The notes: generated by a model not told the origin, from the sequence alone. A stretch of 64,000 bases of DNA from Candidatus Atabeyarchaeum deiterrae (GCA_037310415.1 CP147780.1:2592001-2656000), one strand, 5' to 3'; counted from the first letter of the stretch, positions 39,840-50,614 are shown. Translations and numbers: made by a program.

Positions 39840-40484
39840 TTAGACCCTTAGCGAGCCACGGAACCCCCTAACGCCATAGTAAGAGGGCGCACTGTTATGA
39901 TACACGAAGACATTGCCGTAGCGGCGATCAGCAAAGAGGGCGCCGCCGAGTTTTCTAATATCAGAAGGTGTTTTCACCCAGCTCGATGTCTTCGTATCGA
40001 AATTTCCAAGTTTCTGCAACTCTCGATATTGTTCTTCCGTTAAAAGCTCAATGCCCATGGCAGCTGCCATATCAACAGCGTTATCTTCTGGTTTAAATGC
40101 TTTCCTTGCCTCCTGCCCTTCACGGTCGTAACAAACATTTCTGCGGCCTTTAGGACTTTCTGCTGAACAATCATAAAAAATGTATTCGCCCGTCTTTTTA
40201 TCATGACCAACAACATCCGGTTCACCGCCAGTTCTTTCCATTTCATTGAGTGACCACAGTTTTTCAGTATTAGCTTCCAGCTTTGCTTGTACTTTAGCCC
40301 ATTCAAGACCTTCATGGCGGTTCATGTTTTTCTCAAAACGGGCTTTCAATGCTCTGAGTAGTTCTTCACGTTGTTCTGGTGACAACTCTTTTTTGAGCTT
40401 GCGCATAATCATATTATTCATCCCGAGTCTATAAAACCATCTATGCAGGGTGACGTTTACTTTACAGCTCACAACTGGAATCAT
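39840..40484 (-). CDS. DUF4256 family protein
   Basis: LKARFEKNMNRH, EMERTGGEPDV, DCSAESPKGRR, RGFRGSLRV; true start probably near 40410-40420. Confidence 0.85.
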   Translation of the reverse strand: MIPVVSCKVNVTLHRWFYRLGMNNMIMRKLKKELSPEQREELLRALKARFEKNMNRHEGLEWAKVQAKLEANTEKLWSLNEMERTGGEPDVVGHDKKTGEYIFYDCSAESPKGRRNVCYDREGQEARKAFKPEDNAVDMAAAMGIELLTEEQYRELQKLGNFDTKTSSWVKTPSDIRKLGGALFADRRYGNVFVYHNSAPSYYGVRGFRGSLRV

Positions 40485-40793
40485 GCTACAATTTCCTCTG
40501 CCCCCTGAAGGGCGTGGGCTTCCTTGTAGCGAACATCGTGATTTGAATACTGCGTTGTTGACGCCCAGCTAATAGAGCAAGCGCTGGGTCCATTTGAGAG
40601 GGAATCCCTGAGCTGATTTCGGGAAGGACTTGGATTGCGTCGCGTCACAATCGCTGACCGACTTGGAAAGATCAGCAAGGGACACCAGAAAAGAGTAAGA
40701 AGTCAACGACAAACCATAAATGCTTAGATTGCTCGTACATTGTCATCGCTGTAAATAGGGGGAGCGCCTAAAACAAATGGGCAAAGGAGTAAC

Positions 40794-41393
40794 ATGAAAA
40801 TGACTTCACCAGCAAAGAAGGAGACGAACCCTCACTTTTCGGTGTTGGCCCTTATTTTCTTCATGGCTTCCTTCTTGGTCGCCAGAACGTTCACAACCTT
40901 GAGCCCCAATACTATCATCCTAGTTGAGGGCGGTATTCACATACACCACTTCTGGTTCGGTTTGGCACTACTTGCTGTAGGAGGCTGGATGGGCATTGTC
41001 AATCAGAACCAGCGAATCGACCAATTGGCTGCGGTTCTCTATGGTGCAGGAGCAGGTCTCATAGCAGATGAGTTCGGGCTCCTACTCACCTTTGGAGACT
41101 ACTGGACAGGGTGGACATATACAATTGTAATCGTTCTTGTGACACTGGCATCCATGGGGATATTATTGGCCAAGTATTCAAGAACAATTCGTACATATGC
41201 GTGGGGGTTATCCAAGAGAAGCGCAACACTGTATCTCGGGATCTTTCTAGGAGTCGTTTCCGTGGCATTTCTCTTGACAACGAACAACGTGATGGTCTTC
41301 GATGTTGCGTGCGTGATCGCAGTAATTGCTCTCGTGATGATTCTCATCTATGTTGTTCAACGGTCAAGATCGAAACCTTTGAAGAAGAACTGA
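40794..41393 (+). CDS. Membrane protein (HIHHFWFG family)
   Basis: About 6 TM segments; HIHH..G and G.GLIADE motifs. Confidence 0.7.
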   Translation: MKMTSPAKKETNPHFSVLALIFFMASFLVARTFTTLSPNTIILVEGGIHIHHFWFGLALLAVGGWMGIVNQNQRIDQLAAVLYGAGAGLIADEFGLLLTFGDYWTGWTYTIVIVLVTLASMGILLAKYSRTIRTYAWGLSKRSATLYLGIFLGVVSVAFLLTTNNVMVFDVACVIAVIALVMILIYVVQRSRSKPLKKN

Positions 41394-41671
41394 AAGTCGG
41401 TTTCACGCTGGCGAGATGGATTGACGTCTGTCTGCAGAACTCCAAGACGCGCTGAAACTCAAATGAACTTCGGACTCAAGTAGAAAATTGGGACCCGCTA
41501 AGAAAGGGCAGGTGCGTCCAGTTCTATTTGAACATGTTGGCGCACGGTACCCCAAGAGATGCTGCCAAGGGAAGAAAGAAGTCGATCTTAGCTGGTGCCG
41601 CCGCGCGAAGAAAAGTGTGTACAAAGGAAAGTCTGCTGAGAGAGAACATCAAGAGTATGGCTTGTGAGAAG

Positions 41672-42232
41672 ATGCCCAACAAGAAGAAGATTCAACATCA
41701 AGATGTGTTGACTGGGAAAAGGGTCTATCTGAGACCGTTCGCCAAGCATGACCTTCTCCACAGCCAAAGATGGTCCAATGATCCCGAAATCAGGAAGCTA
41801 ATAGGCGAAGTGGCACCTGTTAGCCGCAAGGAAGCTGAAAAGCGATACAAGGAAATGCGCGCCGCCAAGGATGAGGTATGGTTTGCAGTCGTCTTGAGAG
41901 AAGGAAACAGGGTAATCGGAGAGGCTGGACTGCTGCGAATGTTCAAGCCATGGCGATGCACTGACGTGACCATCATCGTCGGGGAGAAGGACGCATGGGG
42001 AAAGGGTTATGGAACTGAAGTCGGTCATCTTCTTCTTGATTACGCGTTCAATCGGCTAGGTTTCCACCGAATCTCAATAGGTGTGGTTGGCTTCAACGAG
42101 AGAGCCTTGAAGTTTTGGGAAGGTCTTGGCTTCAAGAAGGAAGGCGTGGAGAGAGATGGGTATTACTACGACAACAGGTACAGTGACTTTGTCATGATGA
42201 GTATTCTTGAGGATGAGTTCAACGAATCGTAG
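41672..42232 (+). CDS. GNAT N-acetyltransferase, RimJ/RimL type
   Basis: GKRVYLRP, WGKGYGTE, NERA..GFKKEG..R. Confidence 0.88.
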   Translation: MPNKKKIQHQDVLTGKRVYLRPFAKHDLLHSQRWSNDPEIRKLIGEVAPVSRKEAEKRYKEMRAAKDEVWFAVVLREGNRVIGEAGLLRMFKPWRCTDVTIIVGEKDAWGKGYGTEVGHLLLDYAFNRLGFHRISIGVVGFNERALKFWEGLGFKKEGVERDGYYYDNRYSDFVMMSILEDEFNES

Positions 42233-42325
42233 TTAAGCTGAATGCGCTCGTTCCTAGATCCAAAGAGACAAGGGTACTAACTGATCCCAACTCAAATAAC
42301 GGACGAATTCGTACCCAAGGTAGGT

Positions 42326-42910
42326 TTGACAAACATGACAAATGCCGAAGAATTGCACTTCATTGATAGGGGTCAGTGGCGCTCTTGGCTTGTAAAAAAC
42401 CATGACACAAAGACCGAAGTCTGGCTGATCTTCTACAAGAAGCTTGCAGGCGCCACCAGCATATCATATGATGACGCGGTTGAAGAGGCATTGTGCTTTG
42501 GCTGGATCGACAGCATAATAAAGAGAATAGATGAGAACAAGTTTGCACGAAAGTTCACCCGCCGCAAACCGAAGAGTAAATGGTCCAAATCAAACAGAGA
42601 AAGAGCCGAGAGGATGATCAAAGAAGGAAGAATGACGGAATACGGGCTGTCTCAAATCAGAGAAGCAAAGGAAAACGGTGAATGGTTCATTGTCAATTCA
42701 CGCCCCATTGAACTTGAAATTCCCCAATTCGTAAAAGAAGAACTTGCATTGAATAAGAAAGCCTCATGGAGTTTCGATAGCTTAGCCAAGTCCAATAAGC
42801 AGCAGTACATCAAATGGATTCTGAGCGCAAAAAGAGATGAGACCCGCAAGAGACGCCTTGCTGAGGCTGTCGAGCATCTTGAAAAAGGCGAGAAACTGGG
42901 CATGAAATAG
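42326..42910 (+). CDS. YdeI/OmpD-associated family protein
   Basis: DAVEEALCFGWID, SKWS..N, AKRDETRKRR. Confidence 0.88.
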   Translation: MTNMTNAEELHFIDRGQWRSWLVKNHDTKTEVWLIFYKKLAGATSISYDDAVEEALCFGWIDSIIKRIDENKFARKFTRRKPKSKWSKSNRERAERMIKEGRMTEYGLSQIREAKENGEWFIVNSRPIELEIPQFVKEELALNKKASWSFDSLAKSNKQQYIKWILSAKRDETRKRRLAEAVEHLEKGEKLGMK

Positions 42911-43019
42911 AGGCGACTTGGGAAGCATCATGGTTGAAAAGACATGTGGTCAGCCCGATTAGCATATGGAGAACCGGCGTGGTCTATGGATGATTCTAGT
43001 ACACAGGTCAACGCATAGA

Positions 43020-43811
43020 CTATTCCTTCTGCTTGAATTCAACAATCCCCAGCTTCTGAGCAGAGTCAAGAACATCTTCAACAACGCTTCTCTCTGCTTT
43101 CAACATTGCTGCTATTTCGCTTACTGTCAGTATACCATTCGCATAATGCAGTACGTCTACTGCCGCAACACCGAAACGTTTGACCAACCTTCCTCTCTCC
43201 CTCTGGACATCTGTGAGAGATCTTTGCAGTTTCGGAATCATCTCTCCTGTCACTTTCATCGACTGCTGAGTTACTTTGGGTTTCTTCGGTTCTGGAATTG
43301 TCTCTTCCGTTCCCTTCACAGGTCGCGAAGGTGCTATGTGCTGCTTCGTGGGCCTAGGTTTCTCTAGTTTTGCAGTCGCCGCAGACATTACTTCGACGAG
43401 TGGCTCTTTCAGAATCTTAGCCGATGGGACAACGATCTCCTTGATCTTACAATCAATCTGCCGTTCGAGATCTCTCACATCAGAAGGGATCAATGGGTTA
43501 TATGGAGACGTGCGGGAGTCTGGAACCACTTCATTGTAAACTCGACTAATTTGTGGCAGAATCTCAGTCATGTTCTCATTTCCGTCAGCCGCAACGACAA
43601 AAATCACACTGGTGCTTTTCATGAACCATAGGCTCAAGTTCTTCAATTCAATTCTCAAGACTTCCTCACCGCAGACGCTTCTCGCAAAAGTGTCCATGGC
43701 TACGAAAAACCCCGAAATGAGATTCTCATCTGTTTGCTGGAATCTCTCGTCCGCAGCGTACCTGTACAGACATGGGCCTATGTCCATTAGAATCCAGACT
43801 GCTTTTATCAT
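43020..43811 (-). CDS. Longin-like domain + Pro/Lys-rich linker + C-terminal winged-helix protein
   Basis: MIKAVWIL..GPCLY..DENLISGFF.A..FA N-terminus; G.LTVSEIA..L C-terminus. Confidence 0.6.
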   Translation of the reverse strand: MIKAVWILMDIGPCLYRYAADERFQQTDENLISGFFVAMDTFARSVCGEEVLRIELKNLSLWFMKSTSVIFVVAADGNENMTEILPQISRVYNEVVPDSRTSPYNPLIPSDVRDLERQIDCKIKEIVVPSAKILKEPLVEVMSAATAKLEKPRPTKQHIAPSRPVKGTEETIPEPKKPKVTQQSMKVTGEMIPKLQRSLTDVQRERGRLVKRFGVAAVDVLHYANGILTVSEIAAMLKAERSVVEDVLDSAQKLGIVEFKQKE

Positions 43812-44160
43812 TTTGAATTAGCACTCCAAGACAAACTGCTTCAATCGAGACGCACCACCCACCCCCGACGGTGCTACGAGTGCTTTCTGGTACGACGTCC
43901 AGTGATGAAGCTAACCTCTCTGCAAGATAATGTCTGCTAAGCTACTCTGACAAGGAAAGAGAAGTGGGTTTTGACTTATATCGTATTTGGCTAAAACAAC
44001 ACAATTATCGCTTCACATGAGGAAAATCGCAGAACTACTTTTGGTGACAGAGCCATAAAGAATGAGACACCGACCAAAAGAGAAAAATAGATGTCTTTCC
44101 AAAAAAGTAAAGAAGACCCACTCGATGGAAAAAGGACAATGCTCGAAGGAGGGCTCGGGG

Positions 44161-44580
44161 ATGAAGAGATTATACATCATACGCAAACTTGCTAGTCCCT
44201 TCTCATATCTGACTGTCGAGATCCCTACTGAAGTAGAAATCGGTGAACAGAGAATTGACCTGAAAAGAAGGATTGCAGCTATCGTCAAGGTCGCGGAAGG
44301 CGAAGACCCTGCAAAGGTAGTTCCCGAAGTGGTTCAGCTGGAGAACGTTCTGACCAAGTTGCTCAACGAGTTTGCAATGAAGGTCGAGAAATCGGAAATC
44401 GAGCTAGCCGAAGCTGAGTCACAACTCGACTATTACCTTGGAATAAAAAGGGCCATCGTGATCCTTAGAGGTATCTCTGACGAATCGCTCAGGCGATTCA
44501 ATGAAGAAGATTTGAGGGAATCCACAGCTGAGGATAGGAAGCGCTGGTTCAGAACCACAAAAAAGTTGGCCGGGAGCTAA
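44161..44580 (+). CDS. DUF5788-like archaeal protein
   Basis: IP.EVEIG..IDL, LGIKRA, EDRKRW pattern. Confidence 0.55.
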   Translation: MKRLYIIRKLASPFSYLTVEIPTEVEIGEQRIDLKRRIAAIVKVAEGEDPAKVVPEVVQLENVLTKLLNEFAMKVEKSEIELAEAESQLDYYLGIKRAIVILRGISDESLRRFNEEDLRESTAEDRKRWFRTTKKLAGS

Positions 44581-44683
44581 GCCAGCCGTGTCATTTCATT
44601 GTGGACAAAGTAGAATTGCGGAGAAACCATGTTGAAATGCGGAATTCGTCTAGTCTTTTTTCATCAGGGAGCCAAGCTTACTT

Positions 44684-45430
44684 TCATTTGTTTTCCTGTC
44701 TGAGTCGGTTAGGTAACACGAATCCAACGTATAGCAGTACCCCAGTGATGCCGCTAGAGATCCAACCCAGCATAACCCACAAGGTGTATCCCTCAGGTTC
44801 GAAGAAGATCTGCCAAGCCCGATCTAGAACGAAGAAGCAATACGCGAAAATGATGGCAAACGCTGCTAAGCGGATGATAGAGAATCCCCTTCGGGCCGTT
44901 GCATTGGTTGTTTTCCTTATCGAATTAGTAGTTGCTCCGATCAATGCAATATATAGCGCGAGTGCAAAGGACAAGTGAACTAGAAGAACTAGTAATAAGA
45001 GAACCTCAAAGATGCTGATGATACTACTCAGTGGGGCGACGATTGGTATTAGAACCGCCACTGCTGCTTCAACGACCGCAAAGATCTTGAACTTGACCCT
45101 GCCTGATTTGACTCCCGTAGCGAAGATCTCCAGCATGAACAGGTATAGGAAGATGTTGGCGATTGCTGACATCCCGAACGCGAGACCCCATCCCACGCTT
45201 GCTATGCCAAGAATAGGCTCAAGGAGCGCTGCACCGACTGTCTGCATGCACGATGTGATAGTCAGGAATAGTGAAACGAGTGTAATGTATTTGGCTGCGG
45301 GTAGCCTGCGATCTTTATACCGTGTATAAAGGTTGATCGTTAGAAGTGCCAGTACGGCTGCTATCGCAATCTGACTTGACTCAACGAACAGAATTCGACT
45401 ACCCAATGGCAGACCAGTTAGGTCCTCCAA
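44684..45430 (-). CDS. 7-TM membrane protein
   Basis: Seven hydrophobic helices ending in LLYVGFVLP. Confidence 0.7.
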   Translation of the reverse strand: MEDLTGLPLGSRILFVESSQIAIAAVLALLTINLYTRYKDRRLPAAKYITLVSLFLTITSCMQTVGAALLEPILGIASVGWGLAFGMSAIANIFLYLFMLEIFATGVKSGRVKFKIFAVVEAAVAVLIPIVAPLSSIISIFEVLLLLVLLVHLSFALALYIALIGATTNSIRKTTNATARRGFSIIRLAAFAIIFAYCFFVLDRAWQIFFEPEGYTLWVMLGWISSGITGVLLYVGFVLPNRLRQENK

Positions 45431-45749
45431 TGCAGTTTATTACCTCCATCTCATGTATAGTCAATGATGTAGCTAGTTGAGACTACAACTGGAATAATAT
45501 TGGTTGTGGTCTTAATGCGAAGATCGCAGAGGACTCTACTCAACGGCGAATAGATGATCCTTCTGGGATCATACGCGTCCATTACCTGCAATACTAAGTC
45601 AAACGCATAGACTCTTGAAGCACTCTTGCAGGCTGCCAGCTGAATTTCCCTCTGAGCATTCCCACCTTGGTCGAGAATAAATAAAAACAATTGTGGCAAC
45701 AAATAGAAACATCGCCCTGAGAAGAACGGAACAAATCTGTCCTACAGGC

Positions 45750-46818
45750 TCAGAGCCCTTCCTTCTTCATCTTCTCGCGCTTTCTAGAAGCTACTGCTAT
45801 ATCTTTTCCGAGCCTAGCGCGTTCGCTCTTTTTCATGCTCACGATCCGCAGTTCTCTTTGGAGCCTCTTATAGTTCTCGAAGTGTTCACTTGATAATGTG
45901 CCATCCGCAATCGCCGCTCTTATTGCGCAGCCTGGCTCTGTCTTGTGCTGACAGTCGTTAAACTTGCACTGCCCAGCAAGAGCCTCTATGTCCGCGAAGG
46001 TGCCAGCAATCACGTCTTGGCTCCCTGTTACCCCCATGCCTCTCATCCCAGGATTGTCGATGAGCATTCCTCCCTCCGGCAGGAGAACGAGTTCCCGGTG
46101 CTTGGTAGTGTGGCGCCCTTTCCCGTCGTATTCCCTGACATCATTGGTGTCGAATCGCTCCTCACCCAACAGGGAATTGATGATCGTTGATTTTCCAACT
46201 CCGGATATGCCCACCAATGAGCCAGTCTTTCCCTCGCTAAGGAATTTTCTCAATCCGTTCAGACCCGCTCCGCTCTTAGCGCTTAGTGCAATAACAGAAA
46301 TCTCCCTCGCTATCGCTTTAGCTTGATTCAGCACACTATCCATGTTCTTTGTGAGGTCGGTCTTGTTGAGAATAACTACTGGTTTGGAGCCAGATGCTGA
46401 GGCCTGTGCCAAGTAGCGCTCCAAACGGTTCGCATTGAACTCCTCGTCCAGGCCAATGACTATGAAGAGGTAGTCCACGTTTGCGCAGACAACCTGGTCG
46501 CCGGCGTAGTTTCCCTTGTTGTACGTGGCGCGCATGAACTTCGAGCGCCTTGGTAGGACAGCGCGTATCGTCATCAGCCCGATCTCCGAGTTTGCATCGA
46601 CTGCCACCCAGTCGCCCACTACTGGGAAGTCGCCACTCTCAGTGCATTCGTAGCGCAATCTGCCTGAGACTTTGCCCTTGAGTTCACCCTCCTCTGCGAC
46701 TGCTGTGTAGAAGCTACCCTCGCGTGACACGATCCTTGCGGGTTCGAGCCCAGCCTTCCGATATTCATGAAAGGCCTCCTCAAAGGAGGAGTCCCAGCCC
46801 AGCATTTTGAGGTCCATG
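45750..46818 (-). CDS. rsgA: Ribosome small-subunit-dependent GTPase A
   Basis: VVGDWV, NKTD, GISGVGKST, GRHTT, DNPG, CKFNDCQH..EPGC. Confidence 0.92.
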
Positions 46819-46990
46819 CTGACAGAATAGCGTGACGGCACGATAATAGTTTTTTGATGCATACTCAATTCATGCTAATTCACTACACTAGATCATTCGC
46901 GCGCTTCTTCTGAGCAGAATCTTTTCGTTCAGTGGTCAAGCGCCCCCAAGGCGTTTAAGTATTGACGCAACTCAAGTATGAACGATCAAA

Positions 46991-47998
46991 ATGACTCGAT
47001 TCTCTAGTGAGGCTACTTCAGGATTCTATGATTTCGATATCGTGCCGTTGAGTGGAGCTCATCTTTCGGAAATATGGATTTTGTGGAAGGCCCAGTATAA
47101 AGAAGAACTATCGGCAGGTGGTAAGATACCAAACAGATGGGATTCATATCGAGAAGAAATCCAATCCCTTCTGCGAAAGCGAGTGAAATCAGACTATGCG
47201 ATGGTTGCCGAAACCCGAAATGAAATAGTCGGATACATGTTCTTTGACGTTTTTCCCTTTCATAATGAGCAAACCGCATTCTGCCCTATAATTGGCCATG
47301 CAACCAAGCAAGCCCATCGGAGGGAGATTTCCGAGAAACTCTATCAGAGTCTTTCGAAAAAACTCGTGACAGATGGAATCTTGAACCATACCATTACCTA
47401 TTTTGCTCATGATGAGGGCTTGAAAGAAACTGTTTTTGAACTAGGCTTTGGATTGATTGTTGTGGATGCCTTTCGAGGATTGAACACATTTTCCTCTAGC
47501 GTTTCAAGCATCAACATTATCCGGGCTGATTCCAGTCACATCGACGTAGTTGAGGCGCTCGGGGAAGAAGCCCGTGGCTATTATCTTGAAGCCCCATTAT
47601 TTCTAACTCGAAAGAAACAACCGCATGATTACTACCATAGACTATTCAGCGAAGATGCAGCAATCTTCCTAGCCTTTAGCAGGAATGAGCCTGTTGGCCT
47701 TATGCAAATACGAAAGAACAAGGAATTGGATCCTATGACGTTATCCGACACGAACACCGGCTTAATTGATCAGATGGGTGCCTACATCAAGCCAACATTT
47801 CGACGCCAAGGAATCGGAAGAGCCTTGTTGTTGAAATGCGTCCAATGGTGTCAGCATCGTGGTATCACTCGAATTCATGTAGATTTCGAATCCGCAAATC
47901 TGTCCGCCAGACCTTTCTGGCTTGAGTATTTCACGGCTGCCCTGCATTCCGCAAGAAGAACTGTATACCGAGACATACTTGGACCTCAACAAACCTAG
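46991..47998 (+). CDS. Tandem GNAT acetyltransferase
   Basis: C-terminal RRQGIGRALL, VDFESAN..A..FW. Confidence 0.78.
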   Translation: MTRFSSEATSGFYDFDIVPLSGAHLSEIWILWKAQYKEELSAGGKIPNRWDSYREEIQSLLRKRVKSDYAMVAETRNEIVGYMFFDVFPFHNEQTAFCPIIGHATKQAHRREISEKLYQSLSKKLVTDGILNHTITYFAHDEGLKETVFELGFGLIVVDAFRGLNTFSSSVSSINIIRADSSHIDVVEALGEEARGYYLEAPLFLTRKKQPHDYYHRLFSEDAAIFLAFSRNEPVGLMQIRKNKELDPMTLSDTNTGLIDQMGAYIKPTFRRQGIGRALLLKCVQWCQHRGITRIHVDFESANLSARPFWLEYFTAALHSARRTVYRDILGPQQT

Positions 47999-48061
47999 CA
48001 AGTCGAGCAATTCAACGTTCATTTCCCAAGAGAGGAAGACAGTTGCTGTTTCCAAATTGCC

Positions 48062-48604
48062 TCACAAGTGCAGGTCATACCTTTCCTCTGTGACCATCTT
48101 TCCCCACATTTCATGAGTTTTTTCTTCGGACTTGCTGAAGCCAGCGCTCGTGTAGAGATGTCGAGCTACCTTAAGTTCACTTGTCGTCCAGAGAAATATG
48201 TTCTTATACCTGCACTCCTTGCAGAACTGAAGCGCTTCTTTCATGAGTTCTTTCCCAAGGCCAATTCCGCGGCGGTTGGGATGCACAAGGAACCAGCGAA
48301 GTTGGGCATCTGTTCTTGAACGCCCCACAATAGCGATGGAACCGATAATCTGATCATCCGCTTCTGCTAGCCAAATCCGATCTTCATCTGGCTTCAACGA
48401 TTGAACGAATTCAGCAAGCCCACTAGCGACGTATGCCTCGAAAGTTTGGGTATATCCATATTCTTCTGCGTACAAGACCCCATGAAGATAGGTGAGATAT
48501 CCCAAATCCCCCGGCTTGAGATTATGCCGCAACTTCCATCTTGTCGGTGAATGGCTGGAACCACTATTCCCCAAGTTTTTGCTTGCGTATTGTTTGCCTT
48601 TCAT
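48062..48604 (-). CDS. GNAT acetyltransferase
   Basis: AQLRWFLV.P..RGIGLG, LWTTSEL..ARHLY..GF. Confidence 0.88.
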   Translation of the reverse strand: MKGKQYASKNLGNSGSSHSPTRWKLRHNLKPGDLGYLTYLHGVLYAEEYGYTQTFEAYVASGLAEFVQSLKPDEDRIWLAEADDQIIGSIAIVGRSRTDAQLRWFLVHPNRRGIGLGKELMKEALQFCKECRYKNIFLWTTSELKVARHLYTSAGFSKSEEKTHEMWGKMVTEERYDLHL

Positions 48605-48760
48605 CTGATCTCTCCTTCAGGGCGCGGATGCTCCTTGAATGATTGATCGCAAATCACGTATAAGCCTTAAGAAGGCATCAGTGAAAATGAGGCGAGAATG
48701 GGGCCTCACCACCTCCAAAAAAGAGAAAGACTAGATTTGATTGATTCCCACTTTGTACTT

Positions 48761-48874
48761 TCACATCTGGAAGCCTGTTTTGCCAGCACCCCATTTCGTC
48801 AAAGCAGTCTTAAGCTCCTCATGATCCTCAGCATAATCACTAACCTTAATCCCCTGCATCACAGCATCAATAGC
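48761..48874 (-). repeat. rbcL-like 3'-end repeat, copy 1
   Basis: Encodes AIDAVMQGIKVSDYAEDHEELKTALTKWGAGKTGFQM-TGA. Confidence 0.92.
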
Positions 48875-49016
48875 CCACCTGATGTTGCCTGTATGGATTT
48901 CGGCGCCTTGTGTCATCTGGCGAGTGCGCCTGCAGTGTGTTTCCCAAGAGGGATGGTCTTGGTTGACGCACAACGTTTAAGTAGCGGAAAGTTGGTGGGA
49001 TAATTGGTGGGATTAT

Positions 49017-49259
49017 ATGACCGACGAAGCTGTTATAGATGACAAAGGAAGGGTCGCCATTCCGAAACGGATACGGAACAAACTGGATCTGCGAGAAGGT
49101 ACTCGAGTAAAACTGGAACTCGAAGAGGGGAGAGTAGTAATAAGGAAACCCGTCGACCCAGCGGAATTCATCGACAAAATGGAAGGATTCATAAAAGAAG
49201 GTTCCCCCATTCAGAAAGCCGACCCCCTCAAACTCAAGGAGATATGGGAGAGACAATGA
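49017..49259 (+). CDS. AbrB/MazE-type antitoxin
   Basis: IDDKGRVAIPKRIR..L..EG. Confidence 0.88.
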   Translation: MTDEAVIDDKGRVAIPKRIRNKLDLREGTRVKLELEEGRVVIRKPVDPAEFIDKMEGFIKEGSPIQKADPLKLKEIWERQ

Positions 49260-49672
49260 TCTACGTAGATGCCAACTTCTGGATCTACTGGTTCGACCAG
49301 CGGCTACCAGAACATAAGCATGTTTTGAGACATATGAGGCAAGTTATCCAAGAAGGTGTCATTCTAAATGTCGTCACCCTCATGGAGGTAGCTCACTATT
49401 TCCGCAATTTAGCGGCAGAGGAATTTCGCGAGAAGCTTGACACGATTCAGAGCTTGACCACGTTGAAGGTCGTCAGCCTTGATCTGGATCTAGCTAAATC
49501 GGCATTCGACAAACTAGCGAAATATGCCAAGATTGGAGTCGGAAGCAGAGACAGTGTTATCATAGCGACGATGGAATCGGTGGGTACCAAGAGAATAGCC
49601 ACCCACGATAGGGTCTTTACAAGAATCAAAGGACTAGAAGTCATCGACCCGATTCCAGCCAACCTTGCATGA
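49256..49672 (+). CDS. vapC: VapC PIN-domain toxin
   Basis: YVDAN, EV, DSVIIAT, THD; ATGA overlap with the antitoxin. Confidence 0.88.
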   Translation: MIYVDANFWIYWFDQRLPEHKHVLRHMRQVIQEGVILNVVTLMEVAHYFRNLAAEEFREKLDTIQSLTTLKVVSLDLDLAKSAFDKLAKYAKIGVGSRDSVIIATMESVGTKRIATHDRVFTRIKGLEVIDPIPANLA

Positions 49673-49730
49673 CTAACAAAAGCGAAATCCAAAAGAAGAT
49701 GTGGAGAGTTTATTGATTCTCATCAGGTTC

Positions 49731-49784
49731 TCACATCTGGAACCTGTCTTACCAGTACCCCACTTCGTCAAAGCGGTCTTAAGC
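49731..49784 (-). repeat. rbcL-like 3'-end repeat, copy 2 (short, 1-nt deletion)
   Basis: tcacatctggaacctgtcttaccagtaccccacttcgtcaaagcggtcttaagc, encoding LKTALTKWGTGKTG. Confidence 0.9.
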
Positions 49785-49799
49785 ATTGTTCGCGCATGT

Positions 49800-50441
49800 C
49801 TATTTCCTGCGAAGCCGTGGAAGCAGTCGCCTGCTACGCTGCATGTAATCTCGGTACTCTTTCCCAAAGTGATCGAGCATCATTTTCTCCTCGCCATCGA
49901 TCCTCTTGTTGATTATCAGCAAGGTCAGTGCAGAAACGACTAGAATAAGCCAGTCAGCTGCTATCATTCCTGTCGCGAACATGAAAATCAATGACGCAGT
50001 GTACATTGGATGCCGGATTCGGTAATATGGCCCCCAGGTGACGAGTTTGTGTTTCGGTCTTATTTCTAGCTTGAATGTCCAGAACACTCCCAGAGTCCTG
50101 TGGGTCCAAACAAGCAGAACAAGTGATAGCACTGCTAGGATTACACCAATCACGATAACCCAAATTGGAGTCGGAAGCGGGATTGCACTCCATGCTCGCC
50201 ACGGTGGGTAGGCGATGTAGAGAAGCATTGGGATAGCCCAACCGATCGCCAGCATATCTTGGAGCACAGTGTCGCGTTTGCGCTCATATTTGCTACCACT
50301 CAATCTGAACCTCTTTTTCCTTAATTCAGGATCTATTTTCTTTACTTTGCGCTCGTAGTATGCTCTGATTCCTCCAAACGCGGACAAGAGAACCAGCATA
50401 GTCAATCTGAAAAACAGCTCTTCATCAACAGAAAAACACAT
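49800..50441 (-). CDS. Isoprenylcysteine carboxyl methyltransferase (ICMT/PEMT) family protein
   Basis: HKLVTWGPYYRIRHPMY, EE..ML..FG.EY. Confidence 0.88.
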   Translation of the reverse strand: MCFSVDEELFFRLTMLVLLSAFGGIRAYYERKVKKIDPELRKKRFRLSGSKYERKRDTVLQDMLAIGWAIPMLLYIAYPPWRAWSAIPLPTPIWVIVIGVILAVLSLVLLVWTHRTLGVFWTFKLEIRPKHKLVTWGPYYRIRHPMYTASLIFMFATGMIAADWLILVVSALTLLIINKRIDGEEKMMLDHFGKEYRDYMQRSRRLLPRLRRK

Positions 50442-50614
50442 CTGTTCTACTAGCCTCCCACGATTTCACTCTTATGCCGTTGGTTCGAAAACTGTTCTCT
50501 AATCCTAACCGTTAGAGGCTTCGTTTTCTCTGAGCATAGTTAACCTTGTCATCAGACCAGCGACCTTATTCTTATATGTTTTTGCGGGAATATGGCGCTG
50601 GGAAGGCATGCGGA

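Noticed and set aside
45451-45702. 83-aa minus-strand ORF between the 7-TM gene and rsgA
   Set aside because: No motif or clear ribosome-binding site; probably intergenic.
50495-50545. cctaac..gttagag as an integron attC site
   Set aside because: Does not fit the RYYYAAC/GTTRRRY consensus or spacing and is not repeated.
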